From Octopus bimaculoides (taxonomy: Eukaryota): 44,310 nt of DNA. Within the stretch, counting starts at the first letter, position 1; every line of letters begins with the position of its first letter. The stretch spans positions 5,506,148-5,550,457 of the forward strand of contig NC_069005.1 in assembly GCF_001194135.2 (NCBI RefSeq), read 5' to 3'. The position numbers and the translations under genes are program-made. Below the pieces are notes generated by a model. That model did no database searches and was not told the DNA's origin. It saw nothing but the letters and a program-made list of their open reading frames with translations. Positions 1 to 9,848 of the stretch are shown here, piece by piece.

Positions 1-40
<40 letters not shown>

Positions 41-123
41 AGGTGCCAGGAGTGAGACGATGTTCGTAAAAACAAAAAAAAAAGAAGAAAGGGGATAAAC
101 AGCTTAAATGTCATTGATTACAG

Positions 124-169
124 GTCACCTGGGTCCATACTCACCTGAGATTAAACAACCTCTAAAACA
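124..169 (+). CDS. Possible additional upstream micro-exon of the Tyr-motif gene (HLGPYSPEIKQPLK)
   Basis: ttacag|...CA|gtaaac; 46 nt, open in the one frame whose phase-2 end fits the next exon at 579. The donor is weak and there is no homology support. Confidence 0.3.
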
Positions 170-578
170 GTAAACGCAACAATTCCATATTCCATATGGT
201 GCTTTCTACCAAGATAGACAACTACGATTACTACTGATTCCAGTGTAACGCTGGAGTTATCTCCCTTAAACTATTATACATACATACATACGTACGTATA
301 CACGCACATATATGTGTGTCGGCATACACACACACAGATATACATGTATGTATGTATGTACGTATACATAATCTTACTGAAAGGACCAAGTTTGTGGATA
401 AACTGCATTTTATACATTTAAATGCTTTAGAATCGAACAAAGAAAAAAGTGTCAGTAAAGTTCTATTATAAACTGTTTCTCTCTCTTTCTCTCACTGTCA
501 CTCTCTCTCTCTCGTCTCCATTTCTGTCGAATCGCAGAAGATAACTGATTCATCTTTCTTTGTGTTTGGTTTTTACAG

Positions 579-2334
579 TGAAATCCCATGTGACAGAGAA
601 GTCCTCGCTCTTCCACCAAACTCACGGAACAACTGCTGGGAATTACCTGAAGGTATATATCTCTCTCTCTCTCTCTGAGGTTGCCAATATAAATAAATAA
701 ATAAATAAATATACATATATATATATATATATACGTATGTATCTGTCTGTCTGTCTATTTATCTATCTGTCTCTATCTATCTATTTATCTATCTATCTAT
801 CTGTCTGTCTGTCTATCTATTTATCTATCTATCTATCTGTCTGTCTGTCTATCTATTTACCTGTCTGTCTCTATCTATCTATCAGTCTGTCAGTCTCCCT
901 GTCTATCTACCTCCTTTGTCAGTACAATCATGCCTCATCTCTCTTTTACATTAAGGTTTAAGCTGTAACGTGGCGGCACCGGATGAGAATTACTATGTCA
1001 GTATGAACAATGGTTTCACCTCAGACACACCCAACGTCAACAGGATGCTCTCCACACGGGGTTCTCGGTATGTAGCATCTGTCTGTCTAGCTTCCTACCC
1101 ATACATCCAGATACATGCATACATCTTATTTCTTTATTGCCCACAAGGGGCTAAGCAACACCATCCTTTTACTACTTCACTGCATCAACCCAAACAACAA
1201 CAATAACAACATCAATAAAACAGTCTTTAACCATCGTTAAATAAATAAGCCCTATGTTTTTTTTAATTTTGCTTTGTTTTCTTTTTTATTTTTAGCTACA
1301 GATTTGATGACCTCGACGAAGGAAACTGCGGCGGCAGGTCCCGAGTAGACACTCTTTATGTGCTCCCTGATCCAAAATTTAAGCCAGGAAATGCGAAAAC
1401 CTGCAGGATAAGAGAGGAGCCTGCGCAGATTTGTGGTAGTTCTTCAGATATTTACGTCAACGAGAGGCCGGAAAGTTCTGAAGCAACCTCAGCTAACAAC
1501 GACAGCGATGATATATACTCAGAAATTAAGACCGGTACCAACAATACTTCGCAGCCATTGCACTATGCAACGTACGAAGACATCAAGCAAGATAACAAGA
1601 CGGATGTTAACGGCAACGGTAGAAGTGGTCGTGGTAAGGACGGCAGTGGAAGAAGTGATAATGCTAAAGGCGAACATATGGAACTAACAGACCTTGCAAA
1701 GACGAAAACCGAGGATACTTACAACGTACCAAAATCTCATTCTAGATTTAACAACCAGAAATCGTCCGACGATCGTAACGACAATGCTGTTGGTGGTGGT
1801 AGTGGTGGTGACGACCGCAAAAACAATAATGGGGATAATGATAGCATTGAAGGGAGTCGCAGCAAAACCTGCGACAGTGGAATCTATATCTATCTGAACA
1901 GTAAAGAAGAGGAAGACGAGCAGGAGGACGAAAATGACATCATTTACAGTGTTCCATATAGTAACAGTAACAATAACAATAGCAACAACAATAACAGCAA
2001 TTGCAGCAACAACAACAACAGCCCATCACACAGAGACTGCATCAAGTGCAATGACACACGACAACCAAGAAAACAACGGCGCGCTGCCGTCGTCCAGTCG
2101 CATGTCTACCAAAACGCCATGTTCGATGGCGAGGAAGCTGGGCACAGCACTGACATTGCAAAGACGAACGCTTCGTCGCTTTCGTCATCACCATCACCAT
2201 CGTTATCGTCGTCGTCGTCGCTGCAACAGTGGCAAAACGATGGCATAATCTATAGCAATGTAGCAGACAATTGTTGTGACGATCAGACTTTATACCAAGA
2301 CATCGACAACACAAAGAATGAGGTCCATGTTTGA
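579..2334 (+). CDS. 3' part (last three coding exons: 579-652, 956-1067, 1296-2334) of a gene encoding a disordered, Tyr-motif-rich C-terminal tail; probable receptor or adaptor cytoplasmic domain; 5' end outside the window
   Basis: Phases join: ttttacag|579..652|gtatat (phase 2 to 1), ttaag|956..1067|gtatgt (1 to 2), tttag|1296..TGA 2334. Spliced product is open: EIPCDREVLALPPNSRNNCWELPEGLSCNVAAPDENYYVSMNNGF...RGSRYRFDDLDEG...DTLYVLP...DQTLYQDIDNTKNEVHV*. The terminal exon includes the 324-aa ORF in the track. Confidence 0.8.
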
Positions 2335-2677
2335 GAGGGAGATGGATGAAAAGATGGTGCGTGTGAGTGTGTGGAAATATATAGATATGTTTGTGTGTAT
2401 ATTTGTGGGTGTGTGTGTGTGTGTATGTATCAAGATATATAATAAGATTCAGAGGAGCATGCATGTGTATATATGTGTGTATATAGACATGCAAGCTAAA
2501 ACCTTAAATTCATTTTAAACCTATGCCTTAACTAATATATACGCACACATACATATACATATATATATATGCATATACATATATATATGTACAGTCATAA
2601 ATATATTCACATTTATACATATACATACATTATATATATATTACATGTACATTACGCGCACACACACACACACAAAG

Positions 2678-2830
2678 GGTCAGCGCTAGAGTTGCTGGTG
2701 CCCCGGGTAAGCTGAACTTCGATGTGTACAAGCTGACGGTCGTGGAAATTTCATTGTCTTTGTCACGCCCACTAACACGAAGCGCCCCGGGCGGCTGCCA
2801 GAGACGCCGGAACCTTCAGCTGGCCCTGGA
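2678..2830. mobile_element. Possible small GC-rich MITE
   Basis: GC-rich island in AT/microsatellite context with imperfect termini AGGGTCAGC / GCTGGCCCTG and subterminal GCCCCGGG motifs; no clear TSD. Confidence 0.35.
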
Positions 2831-3346
2831 TATAGATATAGATATATATATATATATATATATANNNNNNNNNNNNNNNNNNNNNNNNNNNNNNNNNNNN
2901 NNNNNNNNNNNNNNNNNNNNNNNNNNNNNNNNNNNNNNNNNNNNNNNNNNNNNNNNNNNNNNNNNNNNNNNNNNNNNNNNNNNNNNNNNNNNNNNNNNNN
3001 NNNNNNNNNNNNNNNNNNNNNNNNNNNNNNNNNNNNNNNNNNNNNNNNNNNNNNNNNNNNNNNNNNNNNNNNNNNNNNNNNNNNNNNNNNNNNNNNNNNN
3101 NNNNNNNNNNNNNNNNNNNNNNNNNNNNNNNNNNNNNNNNNNNNNNNNNNNNNNNNNNNNNNNNNNNNNNNNNNNNNNNNNNNNNNNNNNNNNNNNNNNN
3201 NNNNNNNNNNNNNNNNNNNNNNNNNNNNNNNNNNNNNNNNNNNNNNNNNNNNNNNNNNNNNNNNNNNNAAAGAATATATATATATTCATATATATATTTG
3301 TATTATTATTATTATTAATTATATATACATAAATATATATACATAC

Positions 3347-3379
<33 letters not shown>

Positions 3380-3380
3380 C

Positions 3381-3413
<33 letters not shown>

Positions 3414-3453
3414 CATATATATACATATATATACACATATATATACACATATA

Positions 3454-3488
<35 letters not shown>

Positions 3489-3867
3489 CCCTCTCTCTCT
3501 CTTTGGGAGAGAGGCACAAGCACATACACAGACATATACACACACGGCAGTAACTTCCGCCTACCAAATTATACATACAACAGATCGAAATTGGTTCATT
3601 CGCTACAGTTGTTTCAAATATCTTTTTTTTTATTGATGAAGCAAGTTATTACATCATGCGAAAAATAAAATGTTTTCTTCAGGTGAATACACATGAATTC
3701 AACATCTTTAAAATAACATATATCTGATTCACTTGAATCTTGAACTTTTATATATATATATATATGTATACATATGTATGTATATACATATATGTATACA
3801 CATATATGTATACATATGTATGTATATATATATATATACATACACACACACATATATATATATACAT

Positions 3868-3911
<44 letters not shown>

Positions 3912-4594
3912 TGACTGACGTGTTTGGTTTCTGTAAGAAACCTACGAAACTGAAATGGGGCCGAATCAAATTGTTTTTAATAATAATGTACGTGTGCGTG
4001 TGTGTGTGTGTGTGTTCATAAATGTATGTGTATAAATGTATGTACATTCTGTCGAACAATCAGCTGACAAAAGCAAAAAAAAACAAAAAAAACTGTGGAT
4101 ACAGAAATTCATGCTGAAGTCTGTTTCAAACCCTCGTCTCATTCTCATTAAATCCATACAACATTTCCGCACGAGTGAGTGTATGTGCACGCATGAAAAC
4201 ATGATGTATATATGAAACAATAATCATCATCATCATCATCATCATCATCCTCATTGTTATCCTGAAACTCTCTTCTCTATATCTAATATCTCATTTAATT
4301 TGTATATAGACCAAATTAAAATCACCTTCATTAACCATCAATTGTGAACGATTGTTTTTTTATTTTTCTATCAAACTGTCATGAGTTGTTCTTGTTGTTG
4401 TTTAGCCCTTGGTCAGCTCTAACCAACCGGACCTACGCATTCCACTTCAAGCCATTGTTAGCCCTGCCTTTTGTTGTGGCCAAGCCATTGATTCCTTGAG
4501 TCAGTTCGTTCAGAGTTCCTTCTGCTCTCTTGCACATACACACTAGTAGATAGACAGACAGACAGACAGATAGATAGATGGACGGATAGATATA

Positions 4595-4751
4595 GGCACA
4601 GGAGTAGCTGTGCGGAAAGTAGGTTGCTTACCAGCCATGTTTCCGGGTTCAGTCCTACTGCGTGGCACTTTGGACCAGTGTCTTCTATTATAGTCTCAGG
4701 CTGACCAAAGCCTTGTGAGTAGATTTGGTAGATGGAAAATGGAAGAAACCC

Positions 4752-4796
<45 letters not shown>

Positions 4797-4950
4797 ATGT
4801 GTGTGTGTCTGCATTTGTTCCCATACCATCGCTTGACAACCGATGCTTGTGTGTTTACGTCCTCATAACTCGGCGGTTCAGCAAAAGAGTCCGATATGTC
4901 TTGGGGTCGATTTGCTCGACTAAAGGCGGTGCTCCAGCATGGCCGCAGTC
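4595..4950 (+). mobile_element. SINE family A (tRNA-like head, internal TA/GT microsatellite)
   Basis: GGCxCAGGAGTxGCTGTGTGGTAAG...GGTTCAGTCCC head, repeated many times in the window. Confidence 0.85.
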
Positions 4951-5549
4951 TGTTTCAGTCATATAACTGCGGCTATGTGGTTGTCGTCTGGTTTGAAAAG
5001 CCACATCAGACGCCATGATGAATCTAATGGTGTAAGTACAAAAGGTGGTCAGATTCCACATAAAGAGTAGATAACCACTACTAGATATATATGAATGTAA
5101 TTAATATTTTGGACTAATTGGTACAGGTCAATTAGTGCGTTTAACTGTTGATTAGTGCACTGGCACAGTTGGGGCGACCTGCTGTCACCCGCAGTCGTGG
5201 TATATTTCTGTTGGATCTTCAGAAACTCTGCAGAGTTAGTTGGAATAATTATATTAAGCAACGAAAAGATAAGATTTAGTATCAAAATTTATTCTGTACA
5301 ACGTTTGTTTGCATTGTATTCATTCCTTAACTCAGTGGTTCTCAAACTTACCAAAAGCTTTTACGTGGAAGACCTGACATATAACCAAAGGTTTCGATTT
5401 AATAGAAAGTATTTTTTTGCTGAAAATGCAGAGGAAACGAGTTCATTGTATTGCGCAATGAGGTCAATTGCTTTGTGCAATAATGACATGTTTTATAAAG
5501 CTTAAAAGATCAGTTAAGTTTTCTTTGTTTGTCTTTACCATTTTACATA

Positions 5550-5766
5550 CGAGGGAGTGCAGCAAAGTTTCTAGCTTTAAGGGTATTGTGAAAGGCCTGT
5601 TTGGAGGCCCAACCTTGCAAGTTCTTTTGCAGAGATTAGAAAAACTGAAGGACCACTGCAATAAGTGTGTGATTCTCAAAGTGGAATGTGTTGACTAAAA
5701 TCATAATTAATTGATCCTCCTGTATTTTCTATTACCCAAAGCCAAGGACTTTTCAGCACCTCTTTG
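5550..5766 (+). mobile_element. Mariner-derived MITE / internal-deletion derivative
   Basis: TA-flanked TIRs CGAGGGAGTGCAGCAAAGTTTCTAGCTTT / AAAGCCAAGGACTTTTCAGCACCTCTTTG. The interior encodes a mariner-like C-terminus (LEKLKDHCNKCVILKVECVD*). Confidence 0.8.
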
Positions 5767-5959
5767 TATATTTGTGTGTGTAAATTACATAAATATATAA
5801 AAAACCTTTAATCAATGCTGGTAGAGACAAAATCTGTAAGGTAATGTCAACAAAGGAAAAGAAAGAGAAAAGATATTGAATTATCTTATATGAATTGTTT
5901 GATGATCCTATATTTTGGGTAGGATCTCCCTTTTCAAATATAAGAAATTAAGTGGAATT

Positions 5960-6389
5960 CAGAGACACAAGATCACCTCCTCCATTCGACGATTTTCCCT
6001 CACAGCTGCGATGTTTCACTCAGTTCTACTGGTTTCGAATCTCCGAGAACGTTCATCAATATCAACACTTTTCGGCCATCTTGGAAACGTCTGAACCACT
6101 CGTACACTTGTGTGCGGCTCATACACTCCTCCCCACACACTTTCTGCAACTTTACGTAGGCCTCTCAGCAGGTGTCGCCATGACAACTGTTTCTGTCATG
6201 GTCAATGCGACGATCACACACTACACATCTTCCTTCCAAGCACTGCTGTAAACAGCGGCAGAGAGCTAGAATGTTAAAACTTAGTGTGCATGCACAGCAG
6301 AGTTCAAGGTCAATTTTTGCCAAGTGGCTCACTCTGTGTGCTTCAGCTTCATTACTATAACAGTCCGGATACTTATTGATCAGACCCTG
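5960..6389 (-). mobile_element. 5' portion of a degenerate mariner element (TIR + HTH region)
   Basis: TA|CAGGGTCTGATCAATAAGTATCCGGACTG end; translation YVKLQKVCGEECMSRTQVYEWFRRFQDGRK is the mariner N-terminal HTH pattern. Confidence 0.8.
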
Positions 6390-6452
6390 TACATTGCTTA
6401 CATAATGCATGCATACATACTTACACATATACATGAAATAAATACGTTACAC

Positions 6453-6810
6453 ATGTGGTAAGAAGCCTGCTTACTTCCCAACCACATGGCTCCAGGTTCA
6501 GTACCACTGCATGGCACCTTGGGCAAGTGTGTTCTACTTACTATAGCCTCAGGCAGACCAAAGCCTTGCGAGTGGATTTGGTAGATGGAAACTGAGAGAA
6601 GCCTGTCGTATATATGAGTGTGTCACCCTATACCACTTGACATCCAGTTGCTGGTGTTTACATCCCCATCACTTAGCAGTTCGGCAAATGAGGCCGATAA
6701 AATAGGTACTAGACTTTAATGAAACAAAGAAAATCCTGGGGTACATTTGTTCAACTAAAACCCTTGAAGGTGGTGCTCCAGCATGGCTGCAAATCAACTA
6801 ACAGAAACAA
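6453..6810 (+). mobile_element. SINE family A, diverged
   Basis: Same body as 7308-7698 and 40602-41012. Confidence 0.8.
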
Positions 6811-6835
6811 GACTATATGTGTATCTCTCTCTATT

Positions 6836-6887
<52 letters not shown>

Positions 6888-7307
6888 TACATACAAGGGT
6901 GAAGATTCACTGTAGACCAAGAGGTCATCTAATGGTGCGACATAATCCAAGAAGGTAATCCAAGAATTAAAGTAATACCTAAGTATCCGCTCGATACACA
7001 GATACCCATACATAGGGACAGGTTTCAATGCAGAGTCCCATAGTCATTATTCCAGTGTATTTTCTGGGTTCAAATTCCGCCAAGGTTGATAAATGAAGTA
7101 CCAGTGAAATACTGGAGGTTGATGTAATCGACTACTCCACACCCCAAAATTTTGAGGCCTTGTGCCTCGAGTAAACAGGGTTATTCCAGTGTCTTTTATG
7201 CTGTTTTGTTCCTCATTCTCCATTAGCAGACACTGCCCTTCACTTCAGACAAGACAATCCAAACATCTAGTAACTTATATTAAACGAACATTATTGGAAT
7301 ATTTGAG

Positions 7308-7698
7308 AAGACGCAGGAGTGGCTGTGTGGTAAGTAGCTTGCTTACCAACCACATGGTTCTGGGATCAGTCCCACTGCATGGCATCTTGGGCAAGTGTCT
7401 TCTACTATAGCCTCGGGCTGACCAAAGTCTTGTGAGTGGATTTGGTAGACGGAAACTGAAAGAAGCCTGTTGTATATATGTATATATATGTATGTTTGTG
7501 TTTGTACCCCTAGCATTGCTTGACAGCTGATGCTGGTGTGTTTACGTCCCCGTCACTTAGCGATTCAGCAAAAGAGACCGATAGAATAAGTACTAGGCTT
7601 ACAAAGAATAAGTCCCGGGGTCGATTTGCTTGACTAAAGGCAGTGCTCCAGCATGGCCGCAGTCAAATGACTGAAACGAGCAAAAGAGTAAAGAGTAA
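7308..7698 (+). mobile_element. SINE family A, full length
   Basis: Head through ...GCAGTCAAATGACTGAAAC and an AAGAGT-type tail. Confidence 0.88.
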
Positions 7699-8419
7699 GA
7701 CAATCCTAATCTAATTCCATTTTACAATTTTGGTTGGTGTTTAGTAAATTACTTAATAGTTTATGCTAGATATTAGTATGGCGTTTATGTTGGTTAAAAA
7801 AAATAGCAGACTTTAGCAGAGTCGTCGTAGCTCAAAGGTATTGGCTTATCAAACAGGTAAGTGTTTCACTCAAACTTCTGTTGCTGCTCTTTGAGATTCA
7901 CGTCCTCGTATTCTTCCTAACACGTCTTCATGACCATCTTCTCTGTCTTTTTACAAATGCGGTGACCGTGTGTGTCATCTGCAACAAAACACTTGCAAAA
8001 GTTGCTGAGCAACAAGTGATGACTTGCTGTTGTCTTCTTGTCAACAGATCACCTAAAGATCCTTTGCCTGAAAACGCAGGTAAGAGTTAGCAACAGGAAG
8101 AGCATCTGGCTGGGGGGGGGGGATCGTCTTAACAATATAATCACCTAACCCATGCAAGCATGGAAAAATAGATGTGAAACTGGGAAGAAGGAACATATAG
8201 CATGTATTATGCAATTACAAATGTGGATGAGTCAGAAAGAAATATAAATAAAGAGAGAAAAGAATTCATATTGCATTATATTTTATATATACATAATATA
8301 TATATATACATGTATATACATATCTTCATAGTTATACACCCTCACACAAATAGATATTATATAGGCTCAGTCACAAATATATTCAAGACTTGAATACACA
8401 CCCATACACATAAATTCAT

Positions 8420-8807
8420 AGCAAAGATTGTTTGCCAACATAACATGGCAGTCCTGGTTTAGGACTAATGTTGCTGTAATTTAGCCCCAGGAGACATCGT
8501 CTCCAGCTGGTTATTCGACACGGTCTGTGTCCTTATATTTTCGAATAAGGGAATCTAGCACCCCCACTCAGCTCAAACAATATGTCTGTATCGCGATTTC
8601 CAGCTGATGAAGGGAAATTAAGCCGGAAATCGCGATACACAGATATTGTTTTGAGCTGAGTGGGGGCGCTAGATTCCCTTGTTCGAAAATATAAGGACAC
8701 AGATCATGTCGTATAGCCAGCTGGAGACGAGGTCTCCTGGGGCTAAATTACAGCAACATTCGTCCTAAACCAGTACTGCCATGTTATGTTGGCAAACAAT
8801 CTTTACT
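8420..8807. repeat. Long inverted repeat / foldback element (arms about 185 nt, 15-nt loop)
   Basis: 8423-8605 is the reverse complement of 8621-8804 with few mismatches (about 90% by eye); loop GATGAAGGGAAATTA. Confidence 0.93.
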
Positions 8808-8891
8808 ACAAAGTACTGTTGCTGAATATCTCACGTTGTGAGATTTAAAAATAGTAATTTTCTAACATACATTCATGTATGTATGGGTGTG

Positions 8892-8945
<54 letters not shown>

Positions 8946-9180
8946 CACATACATATGCAAACATACACATACACACACACATATACATATATGTACATAC
9001 ATAGACACACACACGTGAATACATAGGTATATATACACACACACCAATATATATGCTCTTACATATACATAAATAGGCACACTCATAAACACACATACAC
9101 ACGTAAGCATGCTCTCTTGCACATACATGCGGACACACAAACACACATCAGTACATGTTCTTTTGCATACATAGATACAC

Positions 9181-9220
<40 letters not shown>

Positions 9221-9664
9221 ACGCGTATATGCATTACATATACATTCATTCATGAATAATTACCTATCATATACATATATACAGTTAGTCGCCAACAACA
9301 GTTAGCATACGTGTGTGTGTGTACGTGTGTATGTGTGTGTGTTCACACACCAAAATAAATTTTGCAATAAGTTGAATAAATAATCTGGGGTCAGGGTTCA
9401 CCTGCAAGATCAAATGAAAATATCTACAGAAACTGTACACAGGGAGTTCAAGCCACAGGTCGTCCCAATCCTCACCACAGCCCAGCGACTGGCGAGAATG
9501 AGAGGAAAAGAGGAGGAGTAGGAGGCGAGAGCGTTAAGATTGATATTAGAACTGCTGGGATCACACAAACACACGCACGCAAGTACACATGCACACATAC
9601 ACACACACACATACACAAGCATACCCACAAACAACAACAGAGTGATGGGGAGGGGGACTGGAAG

Positions 9665-9803
9665 TCAAAGGTTACAGGGGTTGAAGTCAGGGGTCGTTGG
9701 AGTAGTGAAACTGGCAGTGGTGGAGAAGGCGTGAAGGTTTCCCATTTGGCTCAGCCCACTCTGGATATGGTTGATGTGAATTTCCACATTGTTCTGGAAA
9801 GAG
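9665..9803 (-). CDS. LIN9: LIN9 last coding exon ([45 protein letters not shown])
   Basis: tctcttttag acceptor, phase 2; TGA at 9667-9665. Confidence 0.96.
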
Positions 9804-9817
9804 CTAAAAGAGATAAA

Positions 9818-9848
<31 letters not shown>

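Noticed and set aside
5330-5350. hAT-like terminal motifs (CAGTGGTTCTCAAACT here; GTTGTGAACCCCTG near 28710)
   Set aside because: Only single ends are visible, with no partner TIR or TSD pair to define an element.
7881-8090. CVICNKTLAK motif suggesting a zinc finger or hAT fragment
   Set aside because: A single CxxC with no second ligand pair or further similarity.
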